Positions 42,690-52,259 of a stretch of 64,000 bases of DNA are shown piece by piece. The notes below the pieces were generated by a model. It ran no database searches, was not told where the DNA came from, and saw only the letters and a program-made list of their open reading frames with translations. The position numbers were made by a program, and so were the translations under genes. Origin of the DNA: Chloroflexota bacterium (GTDB taxonomy: Bacteria > Chloroflexota > UBA11872 > VXOZ01); assembly GCA_963663275.1 (NCBI GenBank), contig OY760183.1, forward strand, positions 2,464,001-2,528,000. The letters run 5' to 3'. Position 1 is the first letter of the stretch; the number at the start of each line of letters is the position of its first letter.

Positions 42690-42873
42690 CGATACGTAGC
42701 CTCCTTAGATACAGTAAACGATGTGGCTGTCGCTGACTACGGTCATTCCTTCCAAATCTGACGAAAAGTGAAAATATGCAGAGCAATGAAGCAATTACCT
42801 CCTGTGGCAATCGCCCTGCATTCGCGATCTGTTGAATCGTGCGGGAACATCGGCGCGCAGGCGCCGGCCCGGC

Positions 42874-43386
42874 TCAGTCTCCCGGCGCCGGCAGTGAGTC
42901 CGCGTCCGGTTCCGAGTGATGGTCTTCACTGAAAGCCTCGTGGAACACCTTGGGTATCTCCACGCCGCTTTGTTGTGAATCCGGCCCAGCGGCCTCGCGC
43001 GATTCTCCCTTGCTGACGTAGATAGGCAGTTGCAGGTGCAGGGCGAGCGCGATAAGCTCGACCGCATCCGCGCGGATCCACACGGCGCGTCCGTCTTTGG
43101 ACAGGGAAATCGCGGCGCTGGCGCCGCACCCGTCATCCTTGGTGAGAAGCACCGCCTCAAGCGCCCCGCCAAGTTGCTTCACGCACGCGAGCAACATGTT
43201 ATAGAGCGGACACCGGTCATTCAGCCCATGCGCTTCCAAGGCCAAGACCCCCGCCTTATGCCAGGGGAGATTGAGCGTGATCTCCTCCCTGCTTTCCGTC
43301 GCCTCCATGAGCAAGACGGTTTGCTGGGATGCTGTGTCCTTATAGAGCCGCGTAACCGCAACACGTTGCACCGCAAGGCCTCCCAC
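42874..43386 (-). CDS. DUF151 bifunctional nuclease-like protein (divergent)
   Basis: VLLME, IALALHLQLPIYV pattern; canonical RPSD appears as DAVE. Confidence 0.6.
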   Translation of the reverse strand: MGGLAVQRVAVTRLYKDTASQQTVLLMEATESREEITLNLPWHKAGVLALEAHGLNDRCPLYNMLLACVKQLGGALEAVLLTKDDGCGASAAISLSKDGRAVWIRADAVELIALALHLQLPIYVSKGESREAAGPDSQQSGVEIPKVFHEAFSEDHHSEPDADSLPAPGD

Positions 43387-43442
43387 AGTCCTGAACCCGC
43401 ACTGCGCGCCGCTCAGGACTACACTGCAATCGACTCACGCTG

Positions 43443-43486
43443 AGTTAATGCGCATTAACTATAGTGAAGTCCAATTACTGCGTCAA
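43443..43486 (-). promoter_or_regulatory. Sigma70 promoter with overlapping perfect 18-bp palindrome (candidate DtxR-family operator)
   Basis: TTGACG (43486-43481) N17 TATAGT (43463-43458); AGTTAATGCGCATTAACT at 43443-43460. Confidence 0.8.
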
Positions 43487-43752
43487 GGGCTCGCGCCCGC
43501 TTTGACGGGAATTGAGGAAAGGCGCTTCAAGAGTCTCTTTCAGGCGCGGGGAAAGTGCCGAGACGCTGTCTCTGAGCCGTGGTTGCCTGGCTCGTTGCAT
43601 GAGAAGGCAACGCCAGCACGCGCAACGCGGTTAGAGATGAGGCCGCTCCAACGCGAGAGAAACTTCCGCGAGGCGCGGCAATGCGCTGGCCTGCCGGCTG
43701 CCGGGCAGCCAAGCGGAAGCCGCCAGGGGGCGGCGCGTTGCGGGGCATCGAC

Positions 43753-44454
43753 TTAGGTTACGGGACCGGAAACGCGGATGCACTGCGCCCACCGCGCGGG
43801 TACGTCGACCGTCCGCTGCCTTACCTCCAGCGTCAGATGTCCGCCTCTCAGGTCGATCTCTTCGACCGTAACCGGCGACCCCGGCAAGAGTCCATGGTCG
43901 TGGGCAAAGTGGAGAAGATCGTTCTCGTCTTCGCCCTCTTCCGTGATGCGCAGGAGGGTTACGCGTTCCCCTTCCAGCGTCTCCGTCAACTTGCGCGCTC
44001 CCAGCAGCCGCTCCTCGTCGGGCGAACCGGGGAACGGATTGCCGTGGGGGCACGTGGTCGGATGGCCGAGGCTTTCATACAAATAAGCCTCGAGCTTGGG
44101 AGAGAGCGAATGCTCCAGGCGCTCCGCCTCATCGTCGGCGTCGGCCCAATCGAAGCCCAAGGTATCGACCAAGAGCCGCTCGATCAAGTAGTGCCTGCGG
44201 ATAATCGACTCGGCGATTCTGCGTCCCTCGGGCGTCAACTGCACGCCCCAGTCCTGGTCGATCACGGCCAGGCCCTGCCGCTCCATGCGCTGGAACGCCT
44301 GCGTTACCGCCGAGGCGGAAACCCCCAGGCGCTGCGCCAAGCGCGAGCCAACGACCCGAGACTCTTCCCGCAACATGGTGTACACGCGAATCAGGTATTC
44401 GCCTTGCACCGAACTCATTTCCGTCTGAGCGGGTTTTTGCGACATTGTTCCCAA
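43753..44454 (-). CDS. DtxR/IdeR/MntR family metal-dependent repressor
   Basis: wHTH, RRHYLIERLL, EAERLEH, PTTCPHGNPFP, FeoA-like C-terminus. Confidence 0.94.
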   Translation of the reverse strand: MGTMSQKPAQTEMSSVQGEYLIRVYTMLREESRVVGSRLAQRLGVSASAVTQAFQRMERQGLAVIDQDWGVQLTPEGRRIAESIIRRHYLIERLLVDTLGFDWADADDEAERLEHSLSPKLEAYLYESLGHPTTCPHGNPFPGSPDEERLLGARKLTETLEGERVTLLRITEEGEDENDLLHFAHDHGLLPGSPVTVEEIDLRGGHLTLEVRQRTVDVPARWAQCIRVSGPVT

Positions 44455-44576
44455 CCTACGCAGTCAGTTTTCTTCCGCTGTACCTATCCTACACCATTGC
44501 GCGCATGCCCTATAGTGCGGGGCCGGCTCTGGTGAAGATCTTTACTCTCCGTCATAGTCCGCGAGACCGGTCATGC

Positions 44577-45026
44577 CTAGAAGGAGGGGAGTCTCCCCAA
44601 AGACTCGGTGAACGACTGGAAGACCATAATCGGTATCGAAAAGAGGCCGGCCATCCAGCCGAGGAAGAGGCCGTTGCGCAGATTGAATGTCTCCGCCCCT
44701 TCCTTAATGGATAGCGCCAGCGCAATCGGCAAGAAAGACAAGAACAGCCCGCCGATGAGCACGAACAAGGCGTAGTCCTCGGCGGAACCGCCGATGAGGC
44801 GGTCCAGGTTCAGAAGCGGCCGGGTCGGTTGCGTAAACCGCTCCAGTTGGGGCACGACGTTCAGGAGCAAGACGCCAAGCGACCACAGCCACGTGGTGGA
44901 GCCCACCGCGCTGCACATCACGCCTCCCACCAAACCGCCGAGAAAACCCAAGGGATCATTCTCTTGGACCTGATGCTCAGGCCGGTGGTCGGGCAGTCTT
45001 TGGGGTCCTTCTTCGGTCTTAGCCAT
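44577..45026 (-). CDS. Hypothetical membrane protein
   Basis: ATG start; 3-4 hydrophobic segments. Confidence 0.6.
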   Translation of the reverse strand: MAKTEEGPQRLPDHRPEHQVQENDPLGFLGGLVGGVMCSAVGSTTWLWSLGVLLLNVVPQLERFTQPTRPLLNLDRLIGGSAEDYALFVLIGGLFLSFLPIALALSIKEGAETFNLRNGLFLGWMAGLFSIPIMVFQSFTESLGRLPSF

Positions 45027-45183
45027 GGGTCGCGCCGCCGAAACCGATTGCGAATAGTCTACCTATTCATTATTGTACCGCTGCCGCCGCGTCCGCGTCC
45101 AAGCGGGTAGCCCGCCGCCCGGTAGTGGTATACTAATCGGCGGACACCTACCCACCCTAGCTGTACTATCCCTGGTTAGAATT

Positions 45184-46278
45184 GTGCAACCGGCTACCGG
45201 CACACTCTTGCTTGCGCTGCTTTCCGCCGCGGCGCTGGCCCTGCTTCTCACCGCCGCGGCGCGGCGGCTGGCCTGGCGTCTGGACTGGCTGGACCAGCCC
45301 GGGGAAGGGCGCGTGCACGACAAGCCGGTGCCGCGCATCGGCGGTCTCGCCATTTTCGCCTCGTTTACGCTCATTCTGCTGGTGACGATCGGGCTGCGCG
45401 AGGACTTGATGCTCGATGGGAAGTTCCTCGGTTTGCTGCTGGGCGCGGGCCTCATCACATTGGTGATGCTGGTAGACGATGTGCGCGGGCTGCCGCCGCT
45501 GCCCAAGTTCGTTGCCCAAATCGGGGCGGCCGCAATCGCTATCGGGTTTGGCGTCTCCATCGAGTTCATTCGCGACCCCTTTGGCGGGAACGTCGCTTTC
45601 CCCGATTGGCTTGCCAGTTCGATAGAAGGGCACATCTTCTTCCCGGTGTGGCTGGCGATTCCGATTACGCTCTTCTGGATCGTGGGCATGATGAACGCCA
45701 TCAATTTCGTGGACGGCTACGACGGCCTGGCCGGAGGGCTCTCGTTCATCGGCGCCGGCGTGCTCTTCTTCCTCAGCATGTCGTTGCAGCAGTTCAGCAT
45801 TGCCTTCCTGCCGCTTATCCTGGCCGGAGCGATACTTGGCTTTCTGCCCTTCAACGTGTACCGCGCGCGCATCATCATGGGCGACAGCGGTGCGCACTTC
45901 CTGGGCTTCGCCTTGGGCACGATCGCCATCATCGGCGGCGCAAAGTTAGCCACTACCTTGCTGATCTTCGGCGTACCGGCCATCGACGTGGCGTGGTCGA
46001 TCATCCGCCGCACATTGCAGGGCGGCCGCTTCTACCGCCGGGACACCAGCCACCTGCATCACCGCCTGGCAGAGCTTGGACTGCCGCCGCTGGGCATCGC
46101 CGTCGTCTATTGGTCGCTCTCCGCGATACTCGGCGCGATTGCGTTGCTGCTCCCCACGCCCGTGCAGAAGATGTACGCGCTCGGCATTGTCGGTGTCGTC
46201 GTGGCCGCCGTGCTCATCGTCATCGCGCGCAGCGGCAAGGCCAAAGCGCCGCCGGTTTCCGCTCCTAAGGAGAAATGA
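45184..46278 (+). CDS. MraY-family (WecA/TagO-like) glycosyl-1-phosphate transferase
   Basis: PRIGG, LVDD, NAINFVDGYDGL, MGDSG, HLHHRL. Confidence 0.92.
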   Translation: MQPATGTLLLALLSAAALALLLTAAARRLAWRLDWLDQPGEGRVHDKPVPRIGGLAIFASFTLILLVTIGLREDLMLDGKFLGLLLGAGLITLVMLVDDVRGLPPLPKFVAQIGAAAIAIGFGVSIEFIRDPFGGNVAFPDWLASSIEGHIFFPVWLAIPITLFWIVGMMNAINFVDGYDGLAGGLSFIGAGVLFFLSMSLQQFSIAFLPLILAGAILGFLPFNVYRARIIMGDSGAHFLGFALGTIAIIGGAKLATTLLIFGVPAIDVAWSIIRRTLQGGRFYRRDTSHLHHRLAELGLPPLGIAVVYWSLSAILGAIALLLPTPVQKMYALGIVGVVVAAVLIVIARSGKAKAPPVSAPKEK

Positions 46279-47279
46279 TGCGTTACCGCGTCCTGATTAC
46301 GGACTACGTCTGGCCGACGCTCGACCGGGAACGGGCCGTGCTCGAGCCGCTGGGCGTGGAGTTGGTTCCGTCGCCCAGCGGGGACGAAGCGACGTTGGCA
46401 GGGCTGGCCGGGGACGGCGTAGACGGCATCATGACCTGCTTTGCCGACGTAACGCCGGCGGTGGTGCGCGCTTCCGCTCGCCTGAAGGTCGTGGCGCGCT
46501 ACGGCATCGGCGTGGACAACATCGCCGTGGACGTTGCCACCGGCCGCGGCGCGGTGGTAACGAACGTGCCGGACTACTGCGTCGAGGAAGTCGCCGAGCA
46601 CGCCCTCGCGCTCATGCTCGCCTGCGCCCGCCGCCTGACGCGCTACGACCGGGCCGCGCGCGCCGGCCGCTGGAACAGCAAAGAAGGCATGCCGCTCTAT
46701 CGCGTGCAGGGCAAGACGCTCGGCATCGTCGGCTTTGGGCAGACCGGCAGGCGGCTGGCGGTCAAAGCGCAGGCGTTGGGGCTGAACGTCCTCGCCCACG
46801 GGCCCCGCCTGGCGCCCGGCGAGGCAGAGGACTTGGGCTGCAAGGCGGTTAGCCTCTCAGAACTTTTGCGCAGTGCCGATTTCGTCAGCCTGCATCTCCC
46901 CCTGACGCCGCGGACGGCGCGGATGTTCGACCGCGAGCGCTTCGGCCAGATGAAGCCCGGCGCGATTTTCATCAACACGGCGCGCGGCGGCCTGGTAGAG
47001 AGTGCGGCGCTGGCAGAGGCGCTGGCAACCGGGCACGTCGCCGCCGCCGGCATCGACGTGCTGCCCCAGGAGCCGCCGGACGTGGACGAGCCGCTTTTGC
47101 GGCAAGAGAACCTCATCGCCACCCCGCACGTCGCGTTCTACAGCGAGGAGTCGTTGGCGGAACTCCAAATCCGCACGGCCCAGGCGGTCGCGCACGTTTT
47201 GCAAGGCGCCATGCCGGAGAGCGTCGTCAATCCGGCGGTCCTGGAGCGCGTAACGCTGCGGGCAGGCAAGAATTCTTGA
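46275..47279 (+). CDS. D-2-hydroxyacid dehydrogenase (CtBP-like)
   Basis: RYGIGVDNI, NVPDY, GIVGFGQTG, INTARG, TPHVAFYS. Confidence 0.92.
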   Translation: MMRYRVLITDYVWPTLDRERAVLEPLGVELVPSPSGDEATLAGLAGDGVDGIMTCFADVTPAVVRASARLKVVARYGIGVDNIAVDVATGRGAVVTNVPDYCVEEVAEHALALMLACARRLTRYDRAARAGRWNSKEGMPLYRVQGKTLGIVGFGQTGRRLAVKAQALGLNVLAHGPRLAPGEAEDLGCKAVSLSELLRSADFVSLHLPLTPRTARMFDRERFGQMKPGAIFINTARGGLVESAALAEALATGHVAAAGIDVLPQEPPDVDEPLLRQENLIATPHVAFYSEESLAELQIRTAQAVAHVLQGAMPESVVNPAVLERVTLRAGKNS

Positions 47280-47306
47280 AGTATGCGCTGGAAGCGAGCA
47301 GAAACC

Positions 47307-48143
47307 ATGTATGACTTTGCGGGAAAGGTAGCCGTCGTCACCGGCGGCGCGCTCGGCATCGGCGGCGCGACCGCCAGGCGGCTGGCGGCCGACGGCGCGC
47401 GCGTGCTCATCGCCGACATCGATGAGGCGGCTGCCGGAGAGAATGCGTCCAGGATCCGCGAAGCGGGCGGTGAAGCCGACGTGGTGCGGGCGGACGTGGG
47501 CTGCCACGCCGACGTGCGCGCGACGATCGACCGCGCCGTAGAGAAGTGGGGGCGGTTGGACATTCTGGTAAACAACGCCTACTCCCCCACGGCAGCGCAC
47601 GACACCGACATCCCCGAGACGACCGAGGAAGCCTGGGACTCCGGCTTGGCGATTATGGCGAAGGCGCTCTTTCTTGCAACCAAGTACGCCGTTCCGCACA
47701 TGGCAGAGAACGGCGGCGGCGCCATCATCAACATCTCGTCGGTGCACGGCCTGCTGCAAGCGCCCGGCTTCCTCGTCTATGAAGCGAGCAAGAGCGCCGT
47801 CATCGGCATGACGCGCCAGATGGCCGTAGAGCTCGGCCCGCGCGGCATTCGCGTCAACGCCATCTGCCCGGGCCACATCGTGACCGAAAACATCCAGGCG
47901 CACATGTGGGACGACAACCCCAGCGGCTACGCCTTTTTCGAAGAGCAGTATCCGCTGCGGCGCTGCGGCAAGACGGATGATATCGCCAACGCCATCGCCT
48001 TTCTCTGTTCCGACCAGGCGAGTTTCATCACCGGCCACGCCCTGGTGGTGGACGGCGGCCTGAGCATCCAGTTGCAGGAGAACCTGGGCGTGCGCCTGGC
48101 GCGGTACGTGCAGGAAAATCCCGAGACGAAGTTGCCGTACTAG
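47307..48143 (+). CDS. SDR family oxidoreductase
   Basis: TGGALGIG, NNA, YEASK, RVNAICPG, VDGG. Confidence 0.93.
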   Translation: MYDFAGKVAVVTGGALGIGGATARRLAADGARVLIADIDEAAAGENASRIREAGGEADVVRADVGCHADVRATIDRAVEKWGRLDILVNNAYSPTAAHDTDIPETTEEAWDSGLAIMAKALFLATKYAVPHMAENGGGAIINISSVHGLLQAPGFLVYEASKSAVIGMTRQMAVELGPRGIRVNAICPGHIVTENIQAHMWDDNPSGYAFFEEQYPLRRCGKTDDIANAIAFLCSDQASFITGHALVVDGGLSIQLQENLGVRLARYVQENPETKLPY

Positions 48144-48175
48144 GATTCTTGCCCGATACGGACTATGCGGTTGAT

Positions 48176-48269
48176 AACAAGAAGCGGGGGACAAGCCCCC
48201 GCGCTACGGCGTGCCAGGACGGATTATGCGATTCAAACAAGAAGCGGGGGACAAGCCCCCGCGCTACGG
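48176..48269 (-). repeat. Two family B REPs, 60-bp period
   Basis: AACAAGAAGCGGGGGACAAGCCCCCGCGCTACGG twice. Confidence 0.85.
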
Positions 48270-48336
48270 TGTGGCAGGAATGATCGAGTGTTTACCTTGA
48301 TTCGGATCGCAATTCTTGCGCGGGAGTAAACGTAGC

Positions 48337-49464
48337 ATGGATACACCGCCGCGAATCGGCTTGATTGGCATCGGGCAGCGCGGCCTGCAACACCTGGAGG
48401 CGCTCTGGCGCTTGCAGGAGATGGGCCTCGCGCGCATTGCCGCGCTGGCCGACGCGCACGAGCCGAACCTCGATGAAGCGAAGATCCGCCGCTTCGTGCC
48501 CGGCTATCGGCAGGACGAAATTCGCCGGTACGCGGCGTTCGACGCGCTCATGGCCCACGAGGAGCTTGACGCGCTCTACGTGTGCATACCGCCGAACCTC
48601 CACGACGGCGAGGTCATCGCCGCCGCCGAGCGCGGCCTGAACCTCTTCGTGGAAAAGCCCATGAGCCTCGACCTGGCCGAAGCGCAGGCCATGAACGCCG
48701 CCATTGCGCGCAGCGGCGTCATTGCCGCCGTCGGTTTCCAGCAACGTTACGACGCCTGGAACGCCGCCATGCGCGGCTACTTGCGCGGCAAGCGCGTCGT
48801 GATGGCAACCATAGTTCGCACCAGCAGCATCGAGAGCCATGCCGTCAAACACACGCCGACGGAAGCGCTCGGCGGCCCGGCCGGCCGGATCTGGACGGCC
48901 AATCGCGCCTGGTCCGGCGGCAGCGTGGTGGAAGCGGGCATTCACCAGACCGACCTGCTGCGCTACTGGTGCGGTGAGATCGAGACGGTCCAGGCGCGCT
49001 ACGTGCAGCGCGGCTCCGAACTCGCGGCGACCGAGGGCGACAATCCGCTGGCATATAGCGTGACCTACACGTTCGCGAATGGGGCGGTGGGACACCTCAT
49101 CATGTCGCGCTTGGCGCGGGTCTTTCATCAAGATGACTACATGCACGTCCTCTGGGACCACGGCCACCTGGGATTGGAACCGTCGGGGCCGGTGGCGTAC
49201 TTCCATGAGGGCGCGTACCCGCCCGCGGCGCGGCCCGCCGCAGACGCCTTGCGCCACCCACTGCCCGTGGGCGCACGGGGCGATTCGACCCTGGAGATAA
49301 GCCGGGCGTTCCTCCAAGCGGTTGCGCGGGCCGACCCCGCCCTCGTGCGCAGCCCGTTCGCGGACGCGATGGGCAGCCTGGCGGCGGTGCTGGGGGCGAA
49401 TCTCTCCGCCGCCCGCGGCGGCGAAACGGTTTCCACTGCGGAACTGCTGCGTGATTCCGGCTGA
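48337..49464 (+). CDS. Gfo/Idh/MocA family oxidoreductase
   Basis: IGLIGIG, FVEKP, VGFQQRY, GIHQTD. Confidence 0.9.
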   Translation: MDTPPRIGLIGIGQRGLQHLEALWRLQEMGLARIAALADAHEPNLDEAKIRRFVPGYRQDEIRRYAAFDALMAHEELDALYVCIPPNLHDGEVIAAAERGLNLFVEKPMSLDLAEAQAMNAAIARSGVIAAVGFQQRYDAWNAAMRGYLRGKRVVMATIVRTSSIESHAVKHTPTEALGGPAGRIWTANRAWSGGSVVEAGIHQTDLLRYWCGEIETVQARYVQRGSELAATEGDNPLAYSVTYTFANGAVGHLIMSRLARVFHQDDYMHVLWDHGHLGLEPSGPVAYFHEGAYPPAARPAADALRHPLPVGARGDSTLEISRAFLQAVARADPALVRSPFADAMGSLAAVLGANLSAARGGETVSTAELLRDSG

Positions 49465-49548
49465 AGACCGGCAATTAAACCGGAGATTCGCCCGGTTTTG
49501 TAGACAAAGCCAAGAGATTGTGAAATAATGCACATGCGCGTGGACGCT

Positions 49549-49577
49549 TTGAGGCAAGCAAGAGCGTATGCTATACT
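49549..49577 (+). promoter_or_regulatory. Candidate atp operon promoter
   Basis: TTGAGG N17 TATACT with extended -10 TG. Confidence 0.55.
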
Positions 49578-49600
49578 TGCTTGACGCGCAGAGGACGACC

Positions 49601-49828
49601 ATGCCGCCGCAGTCCAAGAAGCGCATAGAGATCGGGCCCCTGCGAGCGGGGATGTACGCGCTCCAATTTGGATTTGTGGTTGGCGGGTTCATGCTCGGCG
49701 GCATTTGGGCCGGCAACTACCTGGACGAACGGTTGGGCACGTCGCCGTTGCTCGTCATCGTAGGGATGCTCGTGGGGCTGCTGTTTAGCGCGGGAACGCT
49801 GTACCAGCTTTTTCGCATGCAGATTTAG
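49601..49828 (+). CDS. AtpZ/AtpI-family protein
   Basis: GNYLDERLGTSP, two TM, first gene of the atp operon. Confidence 0.85.
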   Translation: MPPQSKKRIEIGPLRAGMYALQFGFVVGGFMLGGIWAGNYLDERLGTSPLLVIVGMLVGLLFSAGTLYQLFRMQI

Positions 49829-49836
49829 GCAGGGCT

Positions 49837-50604
49837 ATGGATTTCCTGGAAGTCATTGGCTTCAAAGGGCTGCACATCTCGCTGGCGGCCGAGCCGCTCT
49901 TCCACATCGGTCCCATTACCATTACCAATACCATCTTCACGGCGTGGATCGTCATGGCGCTCCTCATCGTCGTCTCGTTCGTTGCCACGCGCAAGATGCA
50001 GGTCGTGCCCAGCGGCCTGCAGAACTTCGGCGAAGCCATTGTGGAGATGCTCTACGACATCGTCGAGAGCGTCCTCGGCGCGCGGGCGCGGATCGTCTTT
50101 CCCATCATCGCCACCTTCTTCATCTACATCGTCGTTGCTAATTGGATGGGACTCCTGCCGGGCTTCAACAGCCTCGGCGTCTGGGGAGACGACGGCAAGG
50201 GCCACGAGATCTTCATACCCATCTTCCGCGCCGCCAACAGCGACCTCAACATGACCATCGGCATGGCGCTCATCGCCTTCATTCTCATTCACGCCGGCGG
50301 CATCATCGTCCACAAGCCGCTCGGTTACCTCAAGCACCTGGCGGGCCCGCTGCCGATACTCATCCTGATCAACGTCGCGATTGAGTCGTTTGTGCCGGTG
50401 TCGCTCTCCGTGCGGCTCTTCGGCAACATCTTTGCCGGTGAAGTCTTGCTCCTGGTCATGCGCATGCCGGTAGTCGGCGCCGCATTCATGGTATTGGAGG
50501 TGCTGTTCGGTCTCATTCAGGCGCTCATCTTCACCATGCTTTCGTTGATTTTCCTCGGCCTCGCCATGAGCGGCGAACACGAACATGAGGAGGCCCACGC
50601 ATAG
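49837..50604 (+). CDS. atpB: ATP synthase subunit a
   Basis: PSGLQN, NWMGLLPG, SLSVRLFGNIFAGE, IQALIF. Confidence 0.96.
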   Translation: MDFLEVIGFKGLHISLAAEPLFHIGPITITNTIFTAWIVMALLIVVSFVATRKMQVVPSGLQNFGEAIVEMLYDIVESVLGARARIVFPIIATFFIYIVVANWMGLLPGFNSLGVWGDDGKGHEIFIPIFRAANSDLNMTIGMALIAFILIHAGGIIVHKPLGYLKHLAGPLPILILINVAIESFVPVSLSVRLFGNIFAGEVLLLVMRMPVVGAAFMVLEVLFGLIQALIFTMLSLIFLGLAMSGEHEHEEAHA

Positions 50605-50679
50605 GGTTCAGTTTACGCGCGAGCAGTTGAGTAACACGTACCGATCCAGTAGCGATCACAGTAAGGAGAAGAGGAATCC

Positions 50680-50910
50680 ATGGAACCGGAATCTGCTGCA
50701 AAGTTGGCCGCGGGCATCGCGATGGGCGTCGGCGCCATTGGGCCCGGTCTCGGTATCGGCATCGCCGTGCGCGGCGCAATGGAGGCCATCGGGCGCAACC
50801 CGGAGGCCGCGAACGACGTCCGCAACACCCTGATTATCGGCGCGGGCCTGGCTGAGGCTATCGCCATCTACTCGTTGCTTACCGCAATCTTGCTGATCTT
50901 CCTGGGGTAA
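50680..50910 (+). CDS. atpE: ATP synthase subunit c
   Basis: GPGLGIG, GRNPEA, GLAEA. Confidence 0.97.
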   Translation: MEPESAAKLAAGIAMGVGAIGPGLGIGIAVRGAMEAIGRNPEAANDVRNTLIIGAGLAEAIAIYSLLTAILLIFLG

Positions 50911-51051
50911 CGCACAGCGGACGTGTGCCGGCGGCGGCACACAGACCCACGGCGCCTGCGTGAGGGACGGCTTCGCCGCAGACGGCGCCCGCGAGATTCG
51001 CAACGGTATCTCGCACGAGAACAAATACGGCAAAAGGGAGAAGGTTTCGCT

Positions 51052-51546
51052 ATGGGCGAGTTGGGCATCAACCCGACGTATCTCGCCTTCCAGATCATCA
51101 ATTTCCTGATCCTCGCTTTTCTGCTGCACCGCTTGCTCTACCGCCCCGTGCTCAACATGCTGGAGCAGCGCAGAGAGCGCATCCGGGAAGGCCAGGAGGC
51201 GGCGGAGCGCGCCCGGGCCGAGGCGGAGAACATGCGCCAGGAGCATGAGCGCCAACTCGAAGAGGCCCGCGCCCATGCCCGCCGGATCATCGAGGACGCT
51301 ACCGCCGCCGCGGAGCGCCTGCGCGAAGAGAGCGTCGCCAACGCCCAGCAGGAGGCGGAGCGCATTCTCGAACGGGGCCAGGAGCAACTCCGCGCGGATG
51401 TCACCCAGGCCCGCCGCGAATTGCGGCAGGAAGCCGCCGCGCTCTCGGTGGCGGTGGCCGGCAAGCTCATTCAGGAAAGCCTCGACTCTGAAAAGAACCG
51501 GCAGCTTGCCGCGCGTCTCGTTTCAGACTTGGATGACTCTTCCTAA
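51052..51546 (+). CDS. atpF: ATP synthase subunit b
   Basis: LGIN...QIINFLIL, coiled coil. Confidence 0.95.
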   Translation: MGELGINPTYLAFQIINFLILAFLLHRLLYRPVLNMLEQRRERIREGQEAAERARAEAENMRQEHERQLEEARAHARRIIEDATAAAERLREESVANAQQEAERILERGQEQLRADVTQARRELRQEAAALSVAVAGKLIQESLDSEKNRQLAARLVSDLDDSS

Positions 51547-51614
51547 GAGCGGCATTCGTGGGTTGATTTCATGAGTAGTACCCGACACAGTCGCAGTTTT
51601 CAAGAGCAGGCTCC

Positions 51615-52181
51615 GTGAGCAGTTCCATCAACGTGCGCCGCTACACGCGCGGCGTGCTGAACTACGCGCAGCAGACGAATACCCTCGACCGGTGGCGGCA
51701 AGACCTGACCGTGCTGCTCACCTTGGGCGAGGATCGCGCCATCCGGCACTTCCTGGAAGACCCGCGCCTGCCGGTGGCGGAGCGCATGGCGGTTGTGAGC
51801 CGGGCGGTGGGCGACAGCGTCTCCGCCGCCGGCCAAGACCTCTTGGCCATCCTCATCGAAGACCGGGCGGTGCGGGTCCTGCCCCAGCTTGCGCGTCAAG
51901 TCCTGCGCGAAGCGGATCGCATCCAGGGCATTGTCCGCGTCCACGTGACCAGCGCCGTGCCCTTGACCGACGACCTGCGCAGCCAATTGCGGCAGTCGCT
52001 GGCCGGGGGCGGATCGTCCGCACAGCCGGCTTCGTCCCAGGCGCCGCGCACGGTTATCTTGGAAGAATCGGTAGATCCCGCAATCATCGGCGGCTTCATC
52101 CTGCGTGAAGAAGACCGCCTCTTAGACCTTAGCGTTCACGCGTCGCTCAAAGCGATGGAGGAGCAGTTGGCGCGCATTTGA
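51615..52181 (+). CDS. atpH: ATP synthase subunit delta
   Basis: RRY, VTSAVPL, VDPAIIGG, DLSV. Confidence 0.93.
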   Translation: MSSSINVRRYTRGVLNYAQQTNTLDRWRQDLTVLLTLGEDRAIRHFLEDPRLPVAERMAVVSRAVGDSVSAAGQDLLAILIEDRAVRVLPQLARQVLREADRIQGIVRVHVTSAVPLTDDLRSQLRQSLAGGGSSAQPASSQAPRTVILEESVDPAIIGGFILREEDRLLDLSVHASLKAMEEQLARI

Positions 52182-52259
52182 CGCTTCGCTCCCAGCGCGT
52201 CGTTTACCGCGCGCGCCGTCCGCGAAAGCCAGCGCGCACCGAAAGGAGAAGAGGGCCTC

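Noticed and set aside
42690-42873. Cobalamin riboswitch upstream of the ABC binding protein
   Set aside because: No B12-box-like motif recognised; the DtxR context favours metal regulation (an Rfam scan would settle it)
50680-50910. Na+-coupled ATP synthase
   Set aside because: Subunit c has E followed by A and lacks the Q...ES/T sodium signature; consistent with H+ coupling
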